DNA of 63,938 nt, filler included, from Basidioascus undulatus (GCA_000826855.1; 5 parts of 5 records of this genome joined end to end with filler, not necessarily neighbours in it), one strand, 5' to 3'. Numbered from the whole stretch's first letter, positions 1 through 13,215 are shown. The notes: generated by a model not told the origin, from the sequence alone. Translations and numbers: made by a program.

Positions 1-1590
1 TGAAAGTTGGGTTGAGGGTTGAGCGGCGAGAGAAATAGAGGGGGAGATGGACTTTTGGAAGAGTTGACGATGGTTGAGCGGATGCGCGGGGTGTCAGGTC
101 GGCTCTGGTCTTCCAGTCTGGCTTACTCTCACACACCGTCGATCGTCTTCCGCATTGTCGCGGCGTCGTCGGACGGACATCTCGGTCCCGCCTCTCGTGT
201 CCGCCTTTCGCACGCGTCAATTATGCCTCTCCTTCAAAGTTGCTACACCTTCCGTCCATCTCATTGATCAAAGCACTTATCGTTCACTTTCGCCGAGGTC
301 GTAGCGGTTCGACTACTCGATTCGTCCCGGTTGTCGAAATATTGCGGCAGCCGCCTTTCTGACTTCGCATTCTGTTTGTATTCAAAGGCACTCATCACAC
401 ATCTCAAGACGTCACGTTCAACTATTCCGACCAGTATCTTACCGCCCAATTTCGACCACCGATACACGAGCACCCCCGAAGGACTGCCCGCACAGGCGGA
501 TGTCACAAAAACCCGAGATCGTTCTGCCTGTAACAGCAGCCTAACAGACCATTCCCCTCACGACCACCCCTTCTCTAACCGCCTTCTTACCCGCTTGTTC
601 AATGTCATCAACCTACCTACTTACCCGCGTGAGGAGCCGCGGCAACCGCAAGCGCCACATTGTAACCACTCGCATCGCAGCCAGCTTTTGTTCGTTACAT
701 CCCCTCGTCGGTGTCTCGCCACTTGATCTATTTGTCAATGAGCTCCGCTATTGCATCGGCCTGGAATGTTGAGAATGATATATCAGACGCGCTCAAGCAA
801 CAGTGAGAGAAGCGCGAGTGCCCGCGGGACAACGTTCAGGATGAGGGGCCTCCCGCAGGAGGCGGCGGACTGTGGATTCGGCCCTTCTCAAAGGATCCGC
901 CTACAGCCGGGGGGGAGAGGGGGATCTTCCATTGCACGAAGTTGTTGGAGTGATGGAGCGCATCATTGCTTGGAGTGTCGTCCATGAATGACTGCCCTCG
1001 GTGTTGAGGACGTGAACGTCGCGTTGGTGCTGAATGGCAGGATGGGTGATTCTTGGCTAAGGTAAGTAAAGTGGACGGTTCAGTGAAGTGGTGTTCTAGG
1101 GTCTCTACCACTGCAACATAATATCTGTACAGGTGTACGCGAGCTGTGAGTGTGTCTTCGTATGGAGCATTGTGCAGCTCGCAGCGCTCCGGCACTGCAG
1201 CGCAGGCAATACACACACACACTGCCGAGTGCATCTCCCCCTCCTGTGATAACAGAGGTAACGCTCCTGGGTCTGCTGTCTCAACATCCGCCAAAGGTTT
1301 GGCGATGGGCTTTGATGCACAGCGTTGCGAGCAAGTTGCAGGAGGGCGCGGCTTCGGGCGGCTGAGGTCTTCGTCAGTCCGCACCGTGGTTCTGATAAAG
1401 ACGCGTAATCTAACGATTGCTAGGCATGATTGGACAGAACTATAATCGCTTTCATCGGCGCTCCGGGCAACAGATCACTAGCGTGGGACCACACGTGCTC
1501 TGGAGATAACGCACTTACGTTCCAGACAAGGCGCCTCACAATCGCGTAGCGTCCTTCCTGCCTCGTCTTCCTCGTCTCAACACCATCAAC

Positions 1591-4207
1591 ATGACAAGCC
1601 AGATACCTTCCAGAGATACCGAGAAGGGCGCAGACAAGGGTACCGATGTCAAGATCAGCGTCGGCGACGTCAGCGCAGACGTCGACGAGGCGCTCGCAGC
1701 GCTCGGCGGCGGCGAGTCGGAGAAGGTCGTGGTCACCACGGAGGACTGCAAGCGCGTTTTGCGCAAGATTGATTTGGCGCTGATGCCACTTATGTGCATT
1801 ACTGTTCTATGTGCGTACACGGTGCTGGTGTTTATGTGGGGATGATGCGCTTAGGAGCTGGGGAGCGATGATGGCGTAGTGCAATTTCTTGACAAGACCT
1901 CGCTGAACTATGCCAACCTCCTGCGCGCTATGATTGTACACTATTTCCTCTCAAATGTTTTTGCTGATTAATCTGTCTATAGGGGGATACAGGAGGACAC
2001 TCACCTCCATGGGCAGCAGTACAGCTGGCTGGGGTCGATTTTCTACTTTGGTGTACGTCCGTTCTCAGATATATTGTGTGCGAGGTCTCTCACGTCAAAC
2101 ATTCGATATCAAACAGTATTTGGGCGCTTCACCTATACACGGCTACTTCCTGCAACACTCCCCTCTCTCCAAGTACACCGCCCTCAACGTCTTCCTCTGG
2201 GGCGGTGCGCTCGCATGTCACGCCGCGTGCACGAACTTTGCTGGGCTGGTTTGTGCGCGGTTCTTTCTGGGTGAGCTTTCCATCAGAATTCTCATAATAC
2301 AGTGAAAGCTGAAGTCTCGGAATGCTCTTTTGAACAGGCGTGTTGGAGGCCGGGTGAGCAAAGACGCATAGAAACGCGGTCGATCTCACGAGCTGATGTT
2401 GGACTGCGACAGTATCACGCCTGCGTTCATCCTCCTCACGGGAAGGTTCTACCGAAGACAGGAGCAGGTGACTCGGACGGGAATTTGGGTCAGTGGAACA
2501 TACACGCTTGACAATCTCACCTCGCTGAACCGCTGGGTGCGGACACGACGCAGTTTTCGATGAACGGCTGGGCACAGAGTACGATTCCTCAGGATTGCTG
2601 CATAACAAGGGGATGGCTCATATCTCCCTATTGCCCTAGTTCTCGGAGGGGCGATCGCCTACGCCGTGCAAGTACAGCCCCCAGGCAAGCTGCGCGTGTG
2701 GCAGGAGCTGCTGCTCATCCTCGGCTGTACGTCTCCCATTTCACTTTACCCAGCCCGGTCTTCCAGCTGAGCAGCGTCCTCACTCTCCAGGCGTAACCAT
2801 GCTCTTCGGTGTGGTTCTGCTGTAGGTTGACCATAATTCTGCGCCCCTGAGCGGAGCCTTCTAACGCACAGGGCATCAGGTTCTGTCTCCCTTCCTCGCC
2901 CGCGACTACGCGGCTGCTGGATGTGCACGAGCGGCGGGTCGCCCTGGAGCGGATCCGGGAGAACAAGACGGGCGTGAATAACCCGCACTTCAAGATCGGC
3001 CAGGCGTTAGAGGCTTTCAAAGGTGAGGTTCTTTCGTGTGGCGGTCCAGATAGACAGTGTTGACGGATGGTCGGGCTGCAGACCCTCGGCTGTACCTCTT
3101 CACGTTCGGGGTGCTTTCCGCGAACATCTCCAATGGTGGGTCCCTTCTTTCTGTGACTCTAGTACCTGGACGTTCCCACCCAGGATGGCGTTCAGGCGGT
3201 GTCACCAACTTCGGAACGAAAATCATCGGTGCATTTGGGTTCGACCAGAAGCAGGTGAGCCTGTCAAATCAATTGCTCTTCCGCTCTGCGCTCTGCAACA
3301 ACTAAGCCAACCGACTTAATATAGAACGCCCTTGTGGGCATGTCCACCGGCGCATCCGAGATAGTCGCCATCATGCTCGGCATTGCCGTCGCCTCGCTGA
3401 CCAACTCACGCGTCATCCCCGGCGTGTTCGCATTCCTCGTCGCCATCTGCGGTGCGTCTCCCCTCACTTTCCAGACGCCAGGACCCGCTTATGCGGGTAG
3501 GAGTAGGCGGGGCAATGATGATTGGGATAGATGCAGAGAACAAGGCTGCGAGGATGGCTGGTGCGTTGTCCCCGCGATACCTTGAGAATCGACCAAACGT
3601 TGGCGACGTTGCATTGACTTTGATGCGGTGCAGGCTACGCACTCGTTTTCTTCTTCCCTGTCGCGTCGCCGTTCTACTACTCCTGGCTGTCCTCGAGTGT
3701 GGGAGGGACAACGAAGAAGGTATACCTCTTCCTCAGAATCATACCTTTCGCTATTCGGCTTGACAAGCATCACGTCGTGTGCAGATCATTTTCAACGTGG
3801 CGCTGCAGATGGGGTACTGCATGGGAAACGTGAGCACGGTCTCATTATTTGAAGGTGATTATCCGTTCTTCTGTTCACCACGCTTCCATTTACAGATCAT
3901 CGGTCCACAAACCTACCGCGCCTCCGACGCTCCCGTGTACACGCCAGCTAAGGCGACCCTAATCGCAATGTTCATCGTGTCCTCACTGTGCCTGATCGCC
4001 ATCTCGCTCGTCGTAAGTCTGGCACCTTGGCGCCCTGCCACGCTCATAGATTCATGGACAACGATTGACCAGTCCCGTTTGGGACAGCACCTGCTCTGGA
4101 ACCGAAAACGCGACGCCGCGGGAGAGACCGGCGAGGACGAGCCCGCGGACGTGGAGTTCCTGGACTGGACCGACTTCGAGATGCGCTCCTTCCGTTATCC
4201 CTACTAG
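1591..4207 (+). CDS. MFS transporter, allantoate permease (DAL5-like, anion:cation symporter) family; multi-exon
   Basis: Spliced exons give RVLRKIDLALMPLMCIT, QFLDKTSLNYANL, QQYSWLGSIFYF, LWGGALACHAACTNFAGLVCARFFLG, ERIRENKTGVNNPHFK, GNIIGPQTYRASDAPVY and a C-terminal FLDWTDFEMRSFRYPY*, all typical of this fungal family. Introns are short, about 50-80 nt. Confidence 0.9.
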
Positions 4208-6237
4208 GGGTGAAGGGGATAGAATAAGCATAGATGAAATTTCCCTGCTTGGGCAAGGCTTGATGTCCTCCTTCGATTTAGGTGAGAGACAAGTAGCGAC
4301 CAGGCCCTGACCGCTCCTCTCAGCATGCCCAGCAACCGGCAACGGCGTGACTCAACAAACTATCAGGGCACAGCAGAGTCTACGGACATGGCTAGTTGTT
4401 ACGATCGTTTGTGATTAGGATGCACGCTCCAGCCCGAGTGTCAGTTTGCCTTGCTCTCGTTCGCATGCTTTCCTCGATCATCTCTCATTTGCAGGTGGAC
4501 GTTTGTTCGTCCGCAAGAGGCACACCACCCCACAAGACTTTTCTGACGGCATCCTACGCGAGAGCCCGATCTGGCGCGAAGCAAGCGGCGTGCCGGTGGA
4601 GGCTCTTTGGGAGGGATACAACAAGGAGTCGTTCACATCTTGCAGTCCTCCGAGATTCAACCGGCTGACACCTGGCGTAATGCAGTCGACTCGACACGTC
4701 AGTGGAGCGCGTACCACTTGGCTAGTCTGGAGTTAGCATGCGAGAGATCCGCCAGAGAGTCGAGACAAGACGAGCAACTCGCGTACCTCGTCCATAGTCA
4801 CGCCCGCCGCTTCTCCCCTATCCTTCCAAGCGTTCGGAAGTGCGCGAGCACGCGGGACGAGCTAGTGCTCGAAGTTCAAGTCCTCCTCGACATTCCTCCA
4901 CTTCGAGAATGCCCTCACTACTTTGTACAGTCCCGTGTCCTGCAGGGCAATAAGGGTAAGCTGAAAGTTCCATCGTTGTCCGTATCGATGTCTCGCACCT
5001 TACGGCCCTCAACCGAGCGTTTTGGGAAGATTTTTCGAGGTTCTTGAGCTACAGGAGTCGAGATCTGTGAGCGCTTCGTGTGGGCCCCATGTAAATGCGA
5101 AACACACATACATGTTGATGACATTGGGACTCGAAAATGATAAAGTGCTTCAGTACTGCTCCGTGCATACGACTCGCCGGAACAAACACATGCATACCGC
5201 TGGACCGCTGCGGCCGGGGTTGACTGCCCACCTTTAGCACTCGCGCCGCCACTCGCGCACAGTTGCAGTGTCCGGAGAAGGAGAACCCTGCAAGAGTGCC
5301 GGAGCAGACGACATTCTGTTATGTTCCGTAGCTGTAGCTCGTAAAACGACGATGAGGAGGGAGAGGTGCGAGGCGAGGGATGCGGTGGATGGTAGTAGTC
5401 TCGAGTAGCGTGATGTGACCTGGCACAACATCCGTGTCCAAGGTCGCCGGTTTCTCCTCTGTCCGCTTGCGCTAGCACACTGGAGAAGCGTCGCGCTTCT
5501 CCCCTCATCACCAACGGAAAATTACACCGACAGGTGGAACATAAGCAGATTAAAATTTGCACTTTCAAGAACCGGGACGAGAGCGGTGACAGCAAGAGTC
5601 GGTGTGACACACTGCACACTGTCGACTAGCGGCCGGCGGGGCATAGAGAGAAAGGTCGAATGCGCGGCTTCGTAGGTAGAAAAAGCATCAGGTAGAACCG
5701 CAAGGCGGTTTAGATGATAACTAATCTGACAGAAAAGCTCCTGAGCCACTGGAGACCGCAGTAACGCAGGTAGCTGGGCGATATCCAGGCTCCGACGAGA
5801 CACGAGAAACGAGGAACTGCGGTTGCCCCGACGGCGACCAGGTCTAGGATGCACAGTTCGCAAGAATCCTCGGTACTTCGATAGACAGCCGAGGTCAATG
5901 GAGTACAGAAAGACTCGAGGATTCCTGGCAAAATGCGCAATGATGTTGGTGTAGGGGGCTTTAATAACTTGCGCTGGACGTTGACTATTTCTCTGCCCTT
6001 TCGCAGTCGCGAATCATCTCAAGTTGGCTGTCAACTCCAGCGAAAGCACACACAAAGGCAAATAGTTCAGGTAAACGAGTGTGATGCTTAAATGAGTGAC
6101 TGAAATGAACCGAATAGACCATGGAGTTACAGAGTAAAATAAAAGACATATCGGCATTAAGTTGACAAAGAGCGATCTAGGGGGCGTAAGAGGGTATGGA
6201 ACACCGAAGGGAAACGCGGGGACAGAGCAAAGTCGCT

Positions 6238-7718
6238 TCACAGCAGGTTCTGGAGGAGGACGACCGAGTCGACGTCGAGCCAGAGGAGCTCCTTGCCCCG
6301 GGTCCACGAGCCGTTGGGAAGGCGAGTCCACTCTTGCCGGGTCGAGAGGAGGTCGATGAGCACCTTGACGCCGAGGATGGCCGAGTCGCTGCAATGAAAA
6401 GTGGTGGGAGGGTTACTTCGAGGCTGAACAGGGGACACTAGAGGCAAAACGCACGTCCGGCGCCTGTAGCAGCCACAGCCGGGGACGAAGTCGTACTTGG
6501 ACAGGAGGAGCGTGACGATGACGTCGAGGTCGAGGTAGAGCGTGCCACTGAGGGTGTTTGAGCCATGTCAGAGTGATGTGAAGGAACGGAAGTAGTGTAT
6601 CGAAACGCACGGCCGGCAGAGAGTGGGCGCAACGCGGACGAGGAGCAGGACGATGACCTTGATGTCCAGGGAGTTGCACAGCCTGTGAGGAGGAACAGGT
6701 AAGTATCAGGCATTTTGAGGGAAGGGAACGAGGACTGAACGGACCTCGGGTCAGAGAAGAGGGACACGAAGAGGTCGATGTCGAGCGTGAGCAGGCCGTT
6801 GACAAGGACCTGGGCGTCGATATTGACGAGGCTGTCCCGGCTGGAAAAAGCAGGAGGAGGTCAGCCACAATGCGGAAATGATTGGTTAGATAGGGAAGGG
6901 ATGAACCGGATCTTATATTGGCCGTTCGTGTAGGTGAAGTGCTGGAGCACGGCGGCGAAGATCTTGATGTCGAGGAGGGCGTTGCCGCTGTCACCGTCTA
7001 CCTGCGTGAGCACCAGGCCAGCCAAGAGAAATTCAGAAGAGCAAGACTGACTTGGTGTAGCCACCAGGGGTGTACCAGTATCCGCCACGCTTAAGCACGA
7101 GGGCGAGGAGCTTCAGGTCGAGGAGCTGGCCGGAGCTTTTGAGGATAGGAAAGGGAGAGGAAAGTCAGACGTTGCAGGCGCGGCAGGCAGGGGTGGGAAG
7201 AGCCGACGTACGCATCCTGGTAGCACGAGCGGCATCCGCCAGGAACGGGAGTGTAGCACGGGTTGAAGACGTCCAGGTTGATGGCGACGTTAATGTCCAC
7301 GTCCAGAGCGACGACCACGGTGGCGTCGGCGACGACAGACAGGCCGAGGAGGTCGACTTTGATGTCAGCATCCAGAGCGAGGAGCTGGCCGTTGCTGAGG
7401 AGGCCCAAGTCCAGGCTGGCGTCCATATCAAGGAGACCGGGGATCTTGATGTCGGCGTCGAGGCCCAGGTTGAGCAGCGGGCTGAGGAAGAGAGGGCGGG
7501 AAGTCAGCATACGTAACACAATCGATCATGGCCCAGAGGAGGTAGACGTACTCGCGCTTCGCCACATCGCCAGAGGTACTGGGAAGTCTGGTACAGTACC
7601 TTCATTCAGCCGCCGAGATCCCAAACTCCAGAATAAGGAAAACTCACAAGGCAAGAGGGAGCGCGTTGCCGACAGCGGCGAAGGCCGCGAGCGCAGCGAG
7701 GGTGGACGAGGTGCGCAT
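6238..7718 (-). CDS. Secreted Leu/Asp/Val-rich repeat protein of unknown function; multi-exon
   Basis: ATG at 7718 gives the signal peptide MRTSSTLAALAAFAAVGNALP. A short exon follows ending GDVAKR (Kex2-like site), then LLNLGLDADIKIPGLL... through several GT-AG-bounded exons to ...VVLLQNLL* at 6238. Confidence 0.7.
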
Positions 7719-9031
7719 CGTGGGGAGTCGTAACGAGTGTGGGGGTCGTAGTAGGAGAGGAGGGATATTAGGCAAAAGGACGAGACTACAGAACTACAGA
7801 GCGAGAAGAAGAGGTCGTGAGGATAGGAAAGAGAGAGGGAGAGCTGGGCGAGGGCGGTCTTTATTCGCTCTGCACACCGTACGGTGACCGACCATCGGCG
7901 CGGGCGGATGCAGCAATTCGGACTGGATGAGCGCTAGCGAAGGGAATGAGGGGATGGGAACTGGAACGTCCGCCTGGGTGCTGTCTTGCCCAGCGACTAG
8001 CTGAGGAACAGGAAGGGGCAGTCAGGCCGGCATGTGCAGTGCAGTGCTGGACAAAATCCAGTCGCGAACGGGAACTGTGTGGCTGCTTGGCCTTGAGTTG
8101 TTCGCGCAAAGCGCTGCCTGAGGACCACGACGTATATTTGATCCCAGCGGCAGGAATCATGCTTACTCTTATCACGAAGAGTGCTGACTCTTGGTGGATT
8201 ACGACTGGCCGCGAAAGCACCCGGCTATGCGACTGGCAGTCGAGCGAAACGCAGGGGCAATCTGTGTCGGATGCACCTCGCGACCCTTGTCTGCAGCCAT
8301 GGCGGGGCATGCTTGGCTCAAAAAATCCTTATACATAATGAGAGAACCATGAAAAATACGAGGATCAGTCATGAAAGACCGCCGTGCCCAATCCAAGGTC
8401 ATCGCGATGGATGTGTCTATTGGTCGCGTCTGGCGGTTTCTGGCATGGATCTGCGGAACCGTGTGTCCATATATTTTGGGTCAAACATAGACCAACCAAT
8501 CGTAAGTTTTAGGATCATCGAATCAATGCGGAGCTAGGTCTCTAGTGAGCTACGTGCACCGTTGAGTAACCGACTGCGCCGGGGGTCGCACTGTCGCTTT
8601 CAAGCGCTGCCAGCGACGACAGTTCTACATCCACACCTGCGTCTGACCACAGGCAAGTTATCAGAAGGGCCAATTACTGGAAGGAATGGAAGGCAGGTGC
8701 AAGAATCCCCACTCTCCCTCCTGATGTGTCACACATCCATCTCCCCGTCAACCGAATCCGTCGCACGGCGGTACGGCGGCACGGCGACATGAACTTCCTG
8801 ACACTGCTCCAGGATCCAGTCGTGCTGACGACTCTAGAATTCGGAAAGCATGCATAGCATCGAGGGACAACACTCTTCCAGTCGCTTCGAGTCACACTGC
8901 AGCTCAGAAAGCCTCAGCGCGCACTCCCGAGAAATATCCACAACAATACATTTGGCATGCAAGCCATTCAGTCCTTTTCGTCCGTCCCAACCCACACCCA
9001 CACCCACGTCCCCTCCCTTCCAGCAAGATGC

Positions 9032-10446
9032 TCAATCCCTCGAGAACCGGCGGGGCGGGCTGAAGTCGCGCCTCCTGCTCCGCGCGCAACCACCCTCACC
9101 CCCATCAGCAACCGTCCATCCCGCTTTTGGACCACACAGAGATAAGCAAGGGACGCACCGGTCATCGTTCCAGCTCGGGCGGCGGTCCATCCCGCCCGGC
9201 CCGCCGTTCCCGTACCGGTCGTCCCTGCGCCCACCGCCGAAGCCACCAGAATCGCGCCGAGGCCCGTAGCCCGCGTCGCGCGGCGGGCCGCCGCGGGGGG
9301 GGCCGTAGCCGTCGTCGGCAGGCCTGAGCGCGCGGAAACATGCATCAGTGTGAGCGAGATGTGATGGGAGATCGGCATGCCGACGAAGAGGATGCGATGG
9401 AGAAGGAGCGAGGGAGGGCAGGGAAGAGGAAGACGTACCGCCTCCCCAACCCGTCATCATCACGCCCGAACCCGCCGCGTCCACCGCCGAACCCGCCTCG
9501 GCCGCCACCCCGCCCCGCAAAGCCCCCACCGCGACTGTGTGCCCCACGCATCCCGCCCCACGCCCTCAAGTCAGCAACCGCGCTCCCGCTTCTCCTCTCT
9601 CCGCACCAACTTGCCTCCAGCGCGGCTCCGCGTCCGCTTGGCCGCGCGCGCCGAACTCGCCGGGGCCGGGCGGGCCGCGCGCGAACCCGCGCGGGGGCAG
9701 GGACGCCATGTCGTCCGGCAGGACGACGTGGATGTCGAGGTAGTCGCCGACGACGAAGCGCAGCTCCTCCAGCGTCCGGTCTTGGTCCCGCGCTGCGGCG
9801 CCGGAGGCGTCCAGGGAGAGGTCGCGGATGACGAGGCTCCCTAGCTCCTTGGAGCCGAAGCGCCCACGCGTGGTGTCCATGAAGACGAGGCGCTGTAGGG
9901 AGGGTGAGCGGTCGCGTTAGCGCATGAGGGAGAGTGGAGACGCACGATTGAAAAGCGCGCTGCAGGACTGCGGTACGCCGGGGGGAGGACGTCCCTCAGG
10001 AGGAGGACGATCTCGCGGAGCGTCGCGTCCTTCCTGCATACACCAGCCGCACCTCGCAGGTCAGCATTACAAACTTACTACCACCACCAACTCGAACCAG
10101 CGCACCAAGTGTAGATCTACCCGCACGCCCTTTCACCATCAGCGACCCCATCCATCCTCCGGTGCTCCTTGCCGTGGACCACGCACCTGGTACTCATCCT
10201 GCACCGGCAGCTCGCGCTCAAAGTCAAGCAGATTGTGGTACCCATTAGTCTTGACGAAAGCACGAATGAGCGACGGGCAAGTCTGGTCCCAGCAGAGCAC
10301 CACCCGCACCACCATCAGCAAAGGCCCAAGACGAAGGAAGGAAGACGCGTTCGCGCCAGGGGAAGGGGGGACGGGGGTGGTACCTTCTCGCGGTCGACCG
10401 CGGGCTTGACCGTCGAGCGCGGCGCGTCTACGTCCATCGACGACAT
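9032..10446 (-). CDS. SAP18: Sin3-associated polypeptide SAP18 with RGG/RS-rich C-terminal tail; multi-exon
   Basis: VDREK|TCPSLIRAFVK, an 11-nt micro-exon (IYTW), DATLREIVLLL and RTLEELRFVVGDYLDIHV are SAP18 signature blocks. The tail is RGGGRGGFGGGRGG...RRRDFSPPRRFSRD*. Confidence 0.88.
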
Positions 10447-10889
10447 TCTGAGCGCAGGAGCGGGAGGGCCAGCAACAAGTGAGGAGCGCGAAAGACAGCG
10501 GTGATGGGCGAAGGCGAAGGTGAGCAAGCGGTGAGGCGGGCAGATGAGAGCGCGGAGTCTACTATACAGTACTGCGCTCGCTACTTGACGAGTCGTGGTC
10601 GCAACTACTCGCACGCAACTCTCCTCTGAGACTGCGCAACACGAACACACACATGCGAATGAGAGACAAGGAGAATGATGCAAGTGTGCTAGATCGTACA
10701 GATGTTTAGGCGTGCGCAGTCAAAGAGGTAAACAGGAGAGGGGAAACCGAAGAGTCGAAGCAGAGTGAGGGGGGGTGGTCGTGAAGCATCAGTGGGTACA
10801 AGTAGGGTAGACGAACTAGAGAAGATCAGAAAACGGGTGGAAAGGGAACAGGAATGGGAAGGGTATGTCCCTCTACATGCTCTATGGGA

Positions 10890-11715
10890 TCAACCATGCA
10901 GCGCGATCGCGGTGCGCCCGAAGGGATTGGGCGAGATGGACATCTGCTCGATGGACTGCCCCACCCACCCACACGCACACAGTTAGCTCCGCCCTTTCTC
11001 GTACGTCCCTGCCCACAGCCCTGCACACCCACCTTCCCCAGCATCTCCGCGTCCAAGTCCGCGTCATCCAGCGACGTCGCGAACCTGACTCCTGGCCGTC
11101 CCTCCCCCAGTCGATCCCTCCCCTCATCATCCTCATCCAGCACCTCCTCCCCCTCGTCCTCCTCTTCACTCCCCTCGTCCTCCTCGCCCGCGCCAATCGC
11201 CACCTCCCCCCACTCGCGATATATCCCGCGCAGATGCGCTCCGCTGCGGGGGAGCTTGTACGGGTCGAAGGGGAAGAAGGAGTCGAGCGCGGAGGTGGAG
11301 GGTGGGACGGGTTTCTGGATGGTCGGAAGGTGAGTTTGTGTTTTGGAGTTGTGGGAGAGAGGCGAATGAGGAAGGTAGGAAACGCACGGAAGGCATAGCG
11401 ACTCTCGATCTGGACGGGCCCGCCCGCGCGGCACTCGCACTCGCGCTCTCCCTCCGCACCGGCGGTGCGCCCTTGCCCGTCGCGGCCGTTGCCGCGCTCG
11501 ACGCGCTCCCACGCCTCGCAGGGACGGCGGGGGCGTAGCTGCTTGGTGGCGGGAGGGGGGGTACGAAGCTCTCCCTCTTCGGCTGAGCCTGGCTGGGCGC
11601 GCTAGCCGCGCGTCCGCGAGCAGCGAACAGCGGGCGCGGGGTAGACCCTCTCGAGCGGGGCGAGTCGGAATCGGACTCGGACTCGTCCTCCTCCGAGGCG
11701 GACGGCGGGTCGGGC
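10890..11715 (-). CDS. RRN3: RNA polymerase I initiation factor RRN3, 3' part only (5' end missing)
   Basis: LDSFFPFDPYKLPRSGAHLRGIYREW, an acidic stretch and a terminal exon SIEQMSISPNPF...* match the RRN3 C-terminus. The upstream exon runs into the CDC20 sequence at about 11715. Confidence 0.75.
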
Positions 11716-13115
11716 GACGTGCAGAGCGTGCGCTGGTCCGAGGACGGTGCGTACGTCGCCACGGGCTGGGCGGACGGGACGGTGCAGATCTGGGATGTCG
11801 AAAGTGGCTCAAGGTTGAGGAAAATGGGGGGGCATGCGGTGCGTCGGGGTGCCTTCCTCCTTCCTTCCCACCATCCTTCTCGCTCTGCTTCTGGTTATTT
11901 GGGTCATGAGGGAGAGGGAGAGAAACCACGCTGACGTGAGGGTGGAGCCAGGCCCGCGTCGGCGTCCTCTCCTGGTCCTCGCACATCCTCTCGAGCGGGA
12001 GCAAGTCCGGTGCGATCTTCCAGCACGACGTGCGCGTGCAGCAGCACAAGATCGACGAGCTCAACGGGCACGTGTCGGAGGTCACTGGGCTCGAGTGGAA
12101 GCCGAGCGACGGGTACACGTGGGTCCCCCTCCCCTCCCCCCAACCTCTTTTCTCCCGTCTCTCGTGCCGCTTCGACCGTCTGCAGTGTGGTTCGAAGAAG
12201 CTGATGTGGTGCGGTATGGGTTGGGGGAAATCAGGCTCGCGTCCGGCGGGAACGACAACGTCGTGAACTGCTGGGACTGGCGCGTCGGCACGGGCACGAG
12301 CGGCGACACGCAGGGGCGCAGCTCCGAGCCGAAATGGAGCAAACGGAACCATGATGCGGCGGTGAAGGTCCGTCGACTCTCCTTCTTCCTCTCTCCTCCC
12401 CTACACCTCCCTACCTATGTTATCGCCCTCACCTCGAGAACGGAACGGAGTGGAATGGGAACTGATGCGGCTTGGTGTGGTGTGGTGGGGATGGACGACA
12501 GGCACTCGCCTGGTGTCCCTGGCAGCCGTCCCTCCTCGCCTCGGGCGGGGGGACGGGCGACCACACGATCCATTTCTGGCAGTCTACTGTGCGTCTTCCC
12601 CTCACTTTCACCGGTTCTCATACTACTCCGACGACGCGCTGACGAAGTGGTGGGACCCGACAGACCGGCGCGCGCCTCAACTCGCTCAAGCTCGACTCGC
12701 AAGTCACCGGGCTGCACTTTTCGCCGTACTCGCGCGAGATCTTGTCGACGCATGGGTTCCCGTACGCTCTCCTCCCTCGTCTCCCTCCCTCTCCCTTTCC
12801 TCCTCCCTTCGCCCCGCCCTCACGCGTCTTGACGTCCTCGCGCTGACACGCCCCCCTCCCCGCAGCAACAACAACATCGCCGTCCACCTCTACCCGTCGC
12901 TCACGCCGATCGGATCCTGGCCGGCGCACGACGCGCGCGTCCTGCACAGCGCGCTCTCCCCGGACGGGACGTGCCTCGCGACGGCCGCGGGCGACGAGAG
13001 CCTCAAGTTCTGGCGCGTCTGGGAGGGGCGCAAGGTGCCCGGCACGGGCGGCGAGGGCGGGAAGAAGGGATCGAAGGGCACGGGGGCCGAGTGGTTGGAG
13101 GAGAGCGCGGGACGG
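11716..13115 (+). CDS. CDC20: CDC20/Fizzy WD40 APC/C activator, partial (5' end missing, 3' end cut by the contig end)
   Basis: [89 protein letters not shown] and [30 protein letters not shown]. Confidence 0.9.
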
Positions 13116-13215
13116 NNNNNNNNNNNNNNNNNNNNNNNNNNNNNNNNNNNNNNNNNNNNTTAATTAATTAANNNNNNNNNNNNNNNNNNNNNNNNNNNNN
13201 NNNNNNNNNNNNNNN
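13116..13215. other. Artificial contig linker (N44-TTAATTAATTAA-N44)
   Basis: Six-frame stop linker flanked by Ns; identical at four places. Confidence 0.99.

Noticed and set aside
4300..6000. Coding-like fragments here and at 15000-20300 and 38300-39500
   Set aside because: No recognisable motif or consistent exon chain; cannot be annotated without searches.
10826..12352. 508-aa minus-strand ORF and similar long ORFs (26747-28735, 28717-29802)
   Set aside because: Read-through of introns and antisense shadows in GC-rich coding DNA; explained by RRN3, CDC20 and UFD4.
13116..13215. TTAATTAATTAA palindrome within N runs (four copies)
   Set aside because: Pipeline linker with stops in six frames; the flanking contigs are size-sorted and unrelated.
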